Below are positions 1-10,910 of a DNA stretch of 36,319 bases, piece after piece. The notes below the pieces were generated by a model. It was not told the DNA's origin. It searched no databases and worked only from the letters and a program-made list of their open reading frames with translations. This DNA is from Macrostomum lignano (taxonomy: Eukaryota), in assembly GCA_002269645.1 (NCBI GenBank), contig NIVC01004746.1:1-36319 (forward strand), given 5' to 3'. The first letter of the stretch is position 1. Every line of letters begins with the position of its first letter. The position numbers and the translations under genes were made by a program.

Positions 1-233
1 CAGCGGATGGACGAGCTGACCACGCGGACAATATCCGAGACCTCCGCGCCTCGTCGGGGACTCCGGCCGGATGAGGGTCGCCGATGCCTCCACTGCGGAC
101 TGCCGATACTGGCGGGGACTGGGCGCACCCCCAAGGCTAATCTTGTGCTCTTTTACCTTGGGTTGCGATAGGGGCCTCGCGGCCTATTCGCGGCGCCTGC
201 GCCCCCGTCAGTAGTAAGTAAGTAAGTAAGTAG
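1..233 (+). mobile_element. Possible 3' end of a non-LTR retrotransposon: GC-rich tail, stem-loop, (GTAA)4
   Basis: ORF remnant ending TAG at 169-171; CCCAAGG 130-136 / CCTTGGG 156-162 stem; GTAA tandem 214-229; abrupt switch to AT-rich DNA. Confidence 0.33.
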
Positions 234-599
234 ATTTTTAAGCGGGTGAAAAAATAAAACAGGAAAAACATAAGTTTATTTTTAAAAATGAATAGAGCTG
301 TTTAACTAACTTATTAAATATTTAATATAAAAATTTTTCATCCTTAACAAATGAGCTACAATATACAGCATTTAAATTTGTTTCAAATAGTTTTTAGAGT
401 CTCGTGCTACTTTTTAATTCAGCAATTGAGTGTTATTTTTGCCTCTCTTGCAAACTGCTCTATAAGAAGGAACAATAATAAATCACTTAAAAGATACGCA
501 TATAGAGCTGCATCTCTATTTTGTAGATTAGGAAACATGCACCATTGCAGCTATGAATTGTAAACTCTAAGTCGAAAATCGCAACACTTCAAATTCACA

Positions 600-2500
600 C
601 AGAATTATAATTGTAAGTTAAGGCCTATCAATCATATTAATTTTGACCAGTGTAGTAGGACAGTGGTTTTTTCACAATCAAGATCCGTAATTGTGCTTTT
701 GCTATTGTAATCAGTGCTTGTTCAATTGTTCTAGAAATTTGTATAGGCCTAGGTAGGCATAGGGAGTAACAACTGAATGATTCCATGAAATTAAGCCTAT
801 TTAATGCCAATTGCCAATGAATTCGAAGGCCTATGGTAAGGGTCTATTTTAGTTATGCTCTCTGTAATAGGCCTATGGACCTAGTTATGGTAAAGCTGTT
901 GAAATTTAATCTAATTTTCTATAGGGTCTAGTATACTTATCCAGACTGTCCAGACAGTGGATTTTAGATATTATTTTCAGGTTTAGTTATATAGATTAAT
1001 GATTGAACAGTGCAAGTTTCATAAAAAGCAGTTGAGCAGTTTTTTAAATTAATTGCTTATCTACCTAGATAGATAGGCCTACTTATTTATACAGATTTTA
1101 GATATTATGTTTATAGTTCCTCTTTGTCTGCTTTGTTAATATAGTACTTGGCTATAGTAGCTTACCCAAGAGGGTAAGGAGGGAGGTAATTGGCCCCTTA
1201 GTCTATATCAAGACTTTAAAAAATCAAGAAGGACAAGTGCATCTTTGCCAAAATATAGAGCTATCCTCTCTGCCTCTCTTTGACTCTTAGATCTTTAGCC
1301 TTTAAAATCTATTTCCTTTTTCAATAAATTTCTGGGTATTCTATCTGGACCTTAGTTTTTTAAACCTCTCAATAGTAATCTATCCTACTTAATGTTTATT
1401 TTCTTATTGATGTTTTACAATAGTCCACTCTTTGATCATATGTATCCTAATGAGATTATCCAAGTGTGTTAGTTCTTTTCTTTAATATCTGATCTTCCCT
1501 CTTCCGTCTTTTCTTCTTTTCTTCTCTCTTTTCTCTTATCCTCTCTTCTCTTTTCCTTGATTTTTTCTTGTCTTTCCTCCACTTTCTCTTCTTTCCTCTC
1601 TTTTTTTATTCTCTTAACTTTCTTTCTTCTATCTCCTTCCTCTTCTCTATTCCCTTTCCTATCCCCTCTTTTGGCCCACAGTTATGCTCTAGGCTGTCTA
1701 TTTAGTCTAGGTCCTCAAAATTAAAAAAAGTTTGCTAACCCCTAATCTAAGTAGTTCTTTTTTCTTACTAGTAGTATTATTATTTACTAGTAGCATTCTT
1801 ATTTCTAAACTAGTAGCATTCTTGTTATATACCAAAAGGTCTATTACTAATATTTTATTTTTTGTATATATTTCTTAGAATAATTCTTCTTGGAATATAT
1901 CTGCTATTTAAGAATTTAACTATCTAGTCTTTAGGTAAAACCAAGAGTAGAAAGTCATGAGTTTCTTTATACTATATATTTATCTCCAAGATCTATAAGT
2001 ATGAGTATTTGTATTATATTTCTTTTATCTATTTATGAGCATTTTGCTCTTTTTAGAAATAAGAAAGTCTAAAATAGGATTCTCAATGTTTACTTGGAAT
2101 ACAACTATAAGTCTTACATCTTACCAAATTTTGTATTTGTTTATACTAATTTTTTGGTTCATTTAAAGCAAAAAGTGAATGTGAATATTATTATAAAATG
2201 TGTATAAATTAAAAAATAGTAGAGTTGTATATACATTAAATTTGTACTAAATTTTTTGTTACAAAAAGAAAGTTTTTTATATATAATATTATATATTTTA
2301 TATTTTTTAAACCTATTTTTTCTAAACTACATCTTATAATATGGTCTTAGTTTAAAACTTAGGTCTATTTTCATTCTGCAGTGTATTTACTCAAGATATA
2401 GGGCCATAGCACTCTTATGATGTCACAAGGCATGCCATCTTTAGACTTTGATTATGTAAGTATTTTTAAACTAAAAACTATTTTCTTGATGATAAATTAA
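600..2500. other. AT-rich, CpG-depleted decayed sequence, probably an old transposon relic; includes a pyrimidine tract at about 1490-1640
   Basis: Almost no CG, abundant CTAG/TAG/CTA, no long ORF; composition matches 30650-32700 and 35000-35800. Confidence 0.4.
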
Positions 2501-2703
2501 TGTTAATGTTTTATGCAGATTTTGATACATAATATTGACACTTATGCTTGCTAATACAGAAGGTGCCATACTATTTCTAACATTACAACTTTATTTAGGC
2601 AAATTCATTCTAAATCTTTCAGAACAATTAATTCACATGCCAGAACTATTAAAAGAAATTCTGAGGAAAAACTTCATAAACAGAGAAACAGAACAAAATT
2701 TTA

Positions 2704-3257
2704 ATGAATCCTATGTCACAGACAGTTTTTGATCACGAAGAGCTCCATCATCTGCCCCTGCCAGCATCTTGCCACCTGCTTGAGTCAGAAATTCTTCTGC
2801 GGGTTGGTCGCCTCGCCAATGGCCAGATCATCGCCCTGACCAGCTACCGATTGCTCATCCTTGTGCACAGATTTGTCAGCTGTGACAGTGTCCCGGAGTC
2901 AAGTCTTGATCCAGTCTTTGTCCAGCCGCTGCGCTGCATCTCTCGATTAATCACGGCAGGCATTGAGTTTACCGCTATTCGAGTTGAATTTGTTTTAATT
3001 GCCTCACCGCTTGCGCTGCAGTTTGCCAGTGCGGCTGAGGCTCTGAGCTGGGCGCGGCGGCTGGACCCGTCCGCCATCGCTGCGCTGCCCCATCTGCGTT
3101 GCAGTTTGAATTCGAGCAGTCCGACCGAAGATGAAGCTGCTGATCCGAACGAATTGATTGTTGCCATGGAAACCCGCCGGTTAGGCTTAACAGAAGCAAA
3201 TGGCTGGCGGCTGAGCAAAGCGAATGATGATTACTCAGTCTGCAGCAGTTATTCCAG
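2704..3257 (+). CDS. MTMR3: MTMR3/4-like exon 1 (PH-GRAM-like N-terminus)
   Basis: ATG 2704 (alternative ATG 2713); donor CAG|GTGAGG after 3257; ends ...DDYSVCSSYS. Confidence 0.82.
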
Positions 3258-6200
3258 GTGAGGCTGAGAATTTGATCGTTTGAGAATTCTTATGGTGAGA
3301 TTTTGAAAATCTAGATTTTTGTCACCGGTGAGATTTTGAAGATTTAGATTTTTGTTGATCTAGATTCTTGTCATCGGTGAGATTTTGAGGATCTAGATTC
3401 TGTCAAGGGTGTCTAGATTCTGTCAAGGGTGAGATTTTGAAGATCTAGATTCTTGCCAAGGGTAAGATTTTGAGGATCTCGATTCTTGCCAAGGGTAAGA
3501 TTTTGAGGATCTCGATTTTTGTTAAGGGTGAGATTTTTAATACCAGAATTTCTTTAAGTTAAGATTTTGCAGATTAGAGAGGGGTTCTGAGGGTGAGCAT
3601 TTAAAATGCTGAGATTCTGTCACCAAACGATTGGTTGATAAGGTGAGATTTGAGGATACAAATTCCGTTCCTTGAAGATTCGAACCCTAACCAACTACAG
3701 ACGTCACGTGACGCCAACGAAGCTGTCAGACGCGGAGCTCATCGCCTCAAGCAAATATCGGTCTCGCGGTCGGTTTCCCAGCATTGTTTGGCGTTGTCAA
3801 GGCAACGGCGCCGTTTTAGCGCGCTCCGGCCAGCCGCTGGTGGCGCTGCTTGGCTGGCGTTGCGAGGCCGACGAGAAATTGCTGGCCCTGATTGGCAACT
3901 CGGGCAGGGGCAGACTGCTCATTGCCGACGCCAGGACTTACAGGTATGACCTGCATGACTGGCTGTATGACCTGCATGACTGGCTGTATGACCTGCAGGA
4001 CTGACTGATATGACCTGCATGACTGGCTGTATGACCTGCAGGACTGACTGATATGACCTGCATGACTGGCTGTATGACCTGCATGACTGGCTGTATGACC
4101 TTCATGACTGGCTGTATGACCTGCATGACTGACTGTATGACCTGCATGACTGGCTGTACCACCTGCATGACTGGCTGTATGACCTGCATGACTGGCTGTA
4201 TGACCTGCATGACTGGCTGTATGACCTTCATGACTGGCTGTATGACCTGCATGACTGACTGTATGACCTGCATGACTGGCTGTACCACCTGCATGACTGG
4301 CTGTATGACCTGCATGACTGGCTGTATGACCTGCATGACTGGCTGTATGACCTTCATGACTGGCTGTATGACCTGCATGACTGGCTGTATGACCTGCATG
4401 ACTGGCTGTACCACCTGCATGACTGGCTGTATGACCTGCATGACTGGCTGTATGACCTGCATGACTGGCTGTATGACCTGCAGGACTGACTGATATGACC
4501 TGCATGACTGGCTGTATGACCTTCATGACTGGCTGTATGACCTGCATTACTGACTGTATGACCTGCATGACTGGCTGTATCACCTGCATGACTGGCTGTA
4601 TGACCTGCATGACTGGCTGTATGATCCAAACGACTTGAACTGTACGACTCGAATGAGTGGCTCTATGACCGAAAGTACAACCTCATCCTCAGCAACTTCA
4701 TAGCGTTTTTTCCAAACGGAGCAAAACTGCTGTGCTGAACTAATCCAGGACCTGCTTCCCAAGGGAAATGTCTTATTATAGCTAATTTAACCTGTAGCCG
4801 TTCATACTTCGCCGTGCCCGGCCTATAATAAGCCCGGCTAATTTCTGCCCAATTATTATTGCCGAAACTGTCGCAAACTGTTCGAATCTATTTTTAGCTT
4901 GTACAGATAGCTTCTACCATTCCCTACCCCTCCCGTCTGGCCGTGCGGCCGTGCAATTAACTGATAAGCAAAGCCGGCTAGGCGTGTTTATTACAGCATG
5001 CCACGTGACGGCTTTGCCTTATGACTCAAAAACTCAACCTAAAATAGGTGTTGCATAAATGCACGCTTGTTCCATTATACCCGCTATTATCTGGTTTCTT
5101 TATCTAGACTAGCGTGAGCCAGTTTGAGTCGCGTGACCAGTACTTGCTGGTGGTGTGAGCGACTCGATAATACTGTTGCAGGTGCTGCGTGTTATGCGTG
5201 TCGTACAATTATATGATATAAAATATTATGCACTTTATTTTCGCTGTCTGTATAGCACCAGTTGCGCGACATACTAACACTCCAGTGACTCTCCTGACAC
5301 TACAGTGACTCTCCTGATACTCCAGTGACTCTCCTGACACTACAGTGACTCTCCTGACACTCCAGTGACTCTCCTGACACTACAGTGACTCTCCTGACAC
5401 TTCAGTGACTCTCCTGACACTACAGTGACTCTCCTGACACTCCAGTGACTCTCCTGACACTACAGTGACTCTCCTGATACTCCAGTGACTCTCCTGACAC
5501 TCCAGTGACTCTCCTGACACTACAGTGACTCTCCTGACACTTCAGTGACTCTCCTGACACTACAGTGACTCTCCTGACACTCCAGTGACTCTCCTGACAC
5601 TACAGTGACTCTCCTGATACTCCAGTGACTCTCCTGACACTCTAGTGACTCTCCTGACACTCCAGTGACTCTCCTGACACTACAGTGACTCTCCTGATAC
5701 TCCAGTGACTCTCCTGACACTCCAGTGACTCTCCTGACACTACAGTGACTCTCCTGACACTACAGTGACTCTCCTGACACTCCAGTGACTCTCCTGACAC
5801 TACAGTGACTCTCCTGACACTTCAGTGACTCTCCTGACACTACAGTGACTCTCCTGACACTCCAGTGACTCTCCTGACACTACAGTGACTCTCCTGATAC
5901 TCCAGTGACTCTCCTGACACTCTAGTGACTCTCCTGATACTCCAGTGACTCTCCTGACACTACAGTGACTCTCCTGATACTCCAGTGACTCTCCTGACAC
6001 TCCAGTGACTCTCCTGACACTACAGTGACTCTCCTGACACTACAGTGACTCTCCTGACACTCCAGTGACTCTCCTGACACTACAGTGACTCTCCTGATAC
6101 TCCAGTGACTCTCCTGACACTACAGTGACTCTCCTGACACTCCAGTGACTCTCCTGACACTACAGTGACTCTCCTGACACTCCAGTGACTCTCCTGACAC

Positions 6201-9200
6201 TACAGTGACTCTCCTGACACTCCAGTGACTCTCCTGACACTACAGTGACTCTCCTGACACTTCAGTGACTCTCCTGACACTACAGTGACTCTCCTGACAC
6301 TCCAGTGACTCTCCTGACACTACAGTGACTCTCCTGATACTCCAGTGACTCTCCTGACACTACAGTGACTCTCCTGACACTCCAGTGACTCTCCTGACAC
6401 TACAGTGACTCTCCTGACACTCCAGTGACTCTCAAAACACTCTAGTGACTCTCATGACACTCCAGTGACTCTTCCGACACTCAAGTGACTCTCCTGACAC
6501 TCCAGTGACTCTCATGACCCTCTAGTGACTCTCAAAACACTCTAGTGACTCTCATGACACTCCAGTGACTCTTCCGACACTCAAGTGACTCTCCCGACGC
6601 TCCAGTGACTCTCATGACACTCCATTAAACTCTCCTAACACGGCTATGACTGTTTCGACAAGCCATTAACTGTTTTGACATTCCATTGACTCTCCGGACC
6701 CTCATTGACTGTTCTGATACCTCCTAACAGTTTATTGACTCTCCTAACACCTCACAGACACTGTGACACCTCATTGACTCTTCTTATACTCGATCAATCG
6801 TTCTGACACCACATCCGCTACCTTTTTGAGTTCTGACCGAATTTCGAGCTTTGCCAGCACGGCAGCCCTACAAATTTGCAACCCGCCAATCCGCAGAAGC
6901 GCCCTGGCCAACCGCACAGTTGGTGGCGGCTTTGAAAACGGCAGCTACTATTCGAACTCTGAGATCGCCTTCCTTGAGCTGCCGAATTTGCATTCGATTC
7001 GGCAGAGCTTCCTTGCTATGCAGCAGAGAGCCTTGGCTCCGGACGCGGATTTTGCTGAGCTGGCAGACGCTGGCGGAGCGTGCCTTCTCGGCGAGCTGGA
7101 GAAGTCCCGCTGGCTGCAGCTTGTCTCGGCTCTGATGGGGCACGCCACGAGGCTGGCAGCCGCCCTTGTTGTTGATGGTGAGCTGGATTTGTGTTGACTT
7201 GGATTGTTGATCTATCCGATGGATTGGTAATCTATCCCATGGATTGCTAATCTATTCCATGGATTGCTAATCTATCCCATGGATTGCTAATCTATCCCAT
7301 GGATTGCTAATCTATCCCATGGATTGCTAATATATCCCATGGATTGCTAATCCATCTCTCCCAAACTACTCGCAGGCCGATCAGTTCTGGTCCACTGCTC
7401 GGACGGCTGGGATCGGACTCCCCAGCTCACCTGCCTGACTCTGTTGCTAAGCGACCCGCACTATCGCAGTTTGGCCGGCTTTCGAACTCTGCTAGACCGC
7501 GAGTGGCTGCAGTTCGGGCACAAGTTCGCCAGCCGCTGCGGCCCCGCTGAGCCCAACGAATGGTCGCCAATATTTGTGCAGTTTCTGGACTGCCTTCATC
7601 AGTTAATTAGCCAGTTTCCAAGCGAGTTTGAGTTCACGGATCTGCTGCTGCGCAGGCTGGCAACGCACTGCTATAGCGGCCTGTTCGGGCAGCTGAGCTG
7701 CAACTCTGATGCGGAGCGTTCGGCTGTTGCTATGACAACTCAGCAGCGGTGGAGTCTGTGGAGCCTGTTCGAGCTGCAGGGAGTTCGGAATCTGTTCTAT
7801 CAGCCCAGCCGCGAGGTGCTGTCCCCGGACATCGGGCTGGCTAGCCTGAGCATCTGGTCCGAGCTCTACGTTCAGGGCAGTCGGATGGCTCCGGACAGTG
7901 TCCGATGCGACCTGGACGGACTGCCGGTTGAGATTGAGCCGCCACAGGTGAATTTCTGTGTGGTTTCTATTCTAGCAGGATTGGCTAGAGATTTTGTTGT
8001 GGGATTTAGGATGTATAGAGGATCAATGATTTGGGATTCAGAGACTGGGATTATTGATTATGGATTCAGAGACTGGGATTATTGATTTTGGATTCAGAGA
8101 CTGGGATTATTGATTATGGATTTAGAGACTGGGATTATTGATTATGGATTTAGAGACTGGGATTATTGATTATGGATTCAGAGACTGGGATTATTGATTA
8201 TGGATTCAGAGACTGGGATTATTGATTATGGATTCAGAGACTGGGATTATTGATTATGGATTCAGAGACTGGGATTATTGATTATGGATTCAGAGACTGG
8301 GATTATTGATTATGGATTCAGAGACTGGGATTATTGATTATGGATTCAGAGACTGGGATTATTGATTATGGATTCAGAGACTGGGATTATTGATTATGGA
8401 TTCAGAGATTGGGATTATTGATTATGGATTCAGAGACTGGGATTATTGATTATGGATTCAGAGATTGGGATTATTGATTATGGATTCAGAGACTGGGATT
8501 ATTGATTATGGATTCAGAGATTGGGATTATTGATTATGGATTCAGAGACTGGGATTATTGATTATGGATTCAGAGACTGGGATCATCAATGATTTGGGAT
8601 TCAGAGACTGGGATCTAGGATGTGAGATTCAGATCGAGAATGTGCCACTTTGAGCTTTGAAGTCTTAGACTCAACTCAGTAATAAAATCTTCATCTTCAA
8701 TTTCTCACCTTCAGGCGCAGCTTCTCTCCCTCATCAACCAGCTGGAGACGACTCGCATTCAAGCGCGCCAACTGCAGGACCAGCTGAACTCTTCTCAGCT
8801 GGCATCAACATCGCCAGTTGTAGAATCACCAACCTTGGCCGCCTCTCTGCAGCAGCAGCCACCGAAGTCCTCTCTGCCCAGCATTGAAGTTGTTGACGGG
8901 GCCGACGCTCGCCGCTGCTTCACCCACTGGGTGCCCGACCACCAGCGAAGCAGGTGCGCCGGCTGCGCTGCGACATTCTGGAAAGCAATCAGGCGTCGGC
9001 ATCATTGCCGCGCCTGTGGCGACGTGTTCTGCCACGCCTGCTGCTGCGAGTACGTGCAGCTGCCCAGCCAGCTGCTGTCGGGCCCCAGCCGGGTCTGCAG
9101 GCCCTGCGCCACCGCGGTCAGGAATGTCGTTCAGCAGGTCGAGTTTGGCGGCGGCAGCAGCGGCGACGGCGGCAACGATGATACCGCCGCTCTGACGGCA

Positions 9201-9308
9201 GCGGCAGCGGCGGCCGCTGCGGCGGCTGCAGTTCTTACTACACAGCAGGTGCCGGCGCCTTCGATATCGATTACGTCATCGGACAGCCAGATTACCGTGA
9301 AATCTTAA
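2704..9308 (+). CDS. MTMR3: Myotubularin-related phosphoinositide 3-phosphatase with C-terminal FYVE domain (MTMR3/MTMR4-like), 5 exons, 747 aa
   Basis: join(2704-3257,3701-3943,6897-7177,7376-7947,8715-9308) = 2244 nt, all GT-AG, phases 2,2,1,0 consistent. Motifs: SKYRSRGRFP, RSGQP, IADARTYRSALANRTVGGGFE (MTMR3/4-type DARSY..A.ANR..GGG.E), LPNLHSIRQSF, catalytic VHCSDGWDRT, EWLQFGHKFASRCG, FYVE WVPD..C..C..RRRHHCRACG..RVC..C. Co-orthologous to MTMR3/4 by motif recognition only. Confidence 0.93.
3285..3650 (+). repeat. Degenerate ~33-bp tandem repeat, MTMR intron 1
   Basis: unit ~AAGGGTRAGATTTTGAGGATCTAGATTCTTGYC. Confidence 0.8.
3701..3943 (+). CDS. MTMR3: MTMR3/4-like exon 2
   Basis: acceptor ctaaccaactacag|; RHVTPTKLSD...RSRGRFP...RSGQP...IADARTY; donor CAG|GTATGA. 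Confidence 0.9.
3944..4623 (+). repeat. 21-bp minisatellite, MTMR intron 2 (5' end)
   Basis: unit GTATGACCTGCATGACTGGCT, about 30 copies, starts at the donor GT. Confidence 0.97.
5272..6640 (+). repeat. 20-bp minisatellite, MTMR intron 2 (3' part)
   Basis: unit ACTMCAGTGACTCTCCTGAC, about 65 copies, decaying toward 6800. Confidence 0.97.
6897..7177 (+). CDS. MTMR3: MTMR3/4-like exon 3
   Basis: acceptor ccaatccgcag|; SALANRTVGGGFE...NLHSIRQSF...SRWLQ; donor ATG|GTGAGC. Confidence 0.9.
7215..7350 (+). repeat. 20-bp minisatellite, MTMR intron 3
   Basis: unit GGATTGCTAATCTATCCCAT, about 6-7 copies. Confidence 0.93.
7376..7947 (+). CDS. MTMR3: MTMR3/4-like exon 4 (catalytic CX5R motif)
   Basis: acceptor ctactcgcag|; RSVLVHCSDGWDRTPQL...SDPHYR...EWLQFGHKF; donor CAG|GTGAAT. 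Confidence 0.93.
8030..8615 (+). repeat. 28-bp minisatellite, MTMR intron 4
   Basis: unit GGATTCAGAGACTGGGATTATTGATTAT, about 20 copies. Confidence 0.96.
8715..9308 (+). CDS. MTMR3: MTMR3/4-like exon 5 (coiled coil, FYVE, poly-Ala tail)
   Basis: acceptor ctcaccttcag| (in-frame alternative AG at 8720); FYVE RRHHCRACG; stop TAA 9306-9308. Confidence 0.9.
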   Translation, partial: AQLLSLINQLETTRIQARQLQDQLNSSQLASTSPVVESPTLAASLQQQPPKSSLPSIEVVDGADARRCFTHWVPDHQRSRCAGCAATFWKAIRRRHHCRACGDVFCHACCCEYVQLPSQLLSGPSRVCRPCATAVRNVVQQVEFGGGSSGDGGNDDTAALTAAAAAAAAAAAVLTTQQVPAPSISITSSDSQITVKS

Positions 9309-10574
9309 TTGATTCCTGTGGATTCTATTTTGCAAAACAATGATGTTCAACAATATATAGCTGGTAATTTCTAATCAGTAGCAAGTAAAGAAAGCTGTAA
9401 GTGTTTTGTTAGAATAGCTAGATAATTAAGATCAATTTCTTTCGATCAGTTCAGTAGTTAGGACGCTAAACCCGAGGCAGAAGTAATTTACATTTGCACT
9501 GAGCAAAGCGCAAGCGGGGCAGATAAATGTACATATAAATTTAAGCCCCGTCCCGACGCTGGAGGATTAAGTCCGTAAAAATAAAGAAAAGATTTTATTG
9601 CCAACCGATTTTATTGAAGCGAATCACGTGACACGCCTTCGGGCCTACATGTACATTTGCGTTAACTAGCTCAGTTGATAATGTACACTGCTGCATAACC
9701 CGCCTAGTCAATTAAAAAATCAGGGATTGATTTTATTCCATGCCATGACCCCACCCTGTTTTACTCATATTGAGGGGTAGAGGAGGGGCAGAAATCACGT
9801 GACGCTGATTCCTCCGGTCTAATGTACATTATTACCAGGCTAAACCCCCAGGACGCGAGAGAGCAATAAAATTTGCGAAGCAGCTTTGCGTGTTGATAAA
9901 TAGGAAGAACTGGCTACTGGCCTACTGATTTGGAAGTAGCTTAGAAGCATATTCGCTGGTTAATCAGATTTTTTATCGTTTTATGTAAATAAGTATTGCT
10001 CATCTGTCATTTTTCAATTTTAGTTTTTTGACACTATAAAGCTGTAAAAATTTACACGTCAAGTGTTTTTAATACCATCATTTGTATTACCTTTGCATGC
10101 GTCAATTAACTTTTTCATGTCTCCTAATTGTGATAAAATCAAATTATCTGTATATCGCTCTATTTTTTAGTTTTTTCTAAGCTGAGTTTAACATACTGTT
10201 AGTGTTTCTATTAAATTGAACTCAAGTTTCTTTACGTGCCTAAAATCGCTTAAGTGTTTAGAAATTCTTTTTCAAAAATTGATTTCAAGGGTTTCATTAA
10301 TTCCACTGGCTTACGTAAGAAGTTCATGTCAAATTCGTGCATGCATTGCCTGCTCATTAAATAACCCCCGGCGAGTGCCAGGGAAATGTCTAACCAAATT
10401 CTAATAATAACCGGTGGATTTCGAAGTTTGTAACTAAACCTCACCTTCGACAACACTATAGGTAGGTGTATTGTGCAAGTCAAATTTTTCTATTTACATT
10501 ATGCGGTGTATTGTTTTGTGCATAAGTTCAAGCGTCATTTTATCTAATTATAGCATATGTAATTATCTACAACC

Positions 10575-10910
10575 TGGGTGTACACTGGCCCAATACCAAC
10601 ACCACCACCCGCAATGTACACTGGCCCAATATCAATACTCATGAACACTGGCCCTATCAACACCCACCACCCCGCAGTGTACACTGATCCCTATCAACAC
10701 CCACCACCCCGCAGTATACATGTACACTGGTCCCTATCAACACCCACCACCCGACAGTGTACACTGGGCCCTATCAACACCCACCACCCCGCAGTATACA
10801 CTGATCCCTATCAACACCCACCACCCCGCAGTATACACTGGTCCCTATCAACACCCACCACCCGACAGTGTACACTGGGCCCTATTAACACCCACCACCC
10901 CGCAGGGTAC
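10575..10910 (+). repeat. 37-bp C-rich minisatellite between the converging MTMR and PSME4 3' ends
   Basis: unit GTACACTGGGCCCTATCAACACCCACCACCCCGCAGT. Confidence 0.92.

Noticed and set aside
3816-4629. Long ORFs on both strands (MQVIQPV, HAGHTAS, MTCMTGC repeats)
   Set aside because: Products of a 21-bp unit inside MTMR intron 2; no splice or start context supports them as genes.
4580-4762. 60-aa minus-strand ORF at the array edge
   Set aside because: Partly repeat-derived, no recognisable domain, antisense within an intron.
5272-6640. CRISPR-like appearance of regular short repeats (also 15052-16290 and 23627-25012)
   Set aside because: Units are contiguous with no unique spacers, there are no cas genes, and the context is spliceosomal introns.
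10250-10483. 77-aa minus-strand ORF in the intergenic region
   Set aside because: AT-rich, no motif I can recognise and no supported splice structure.
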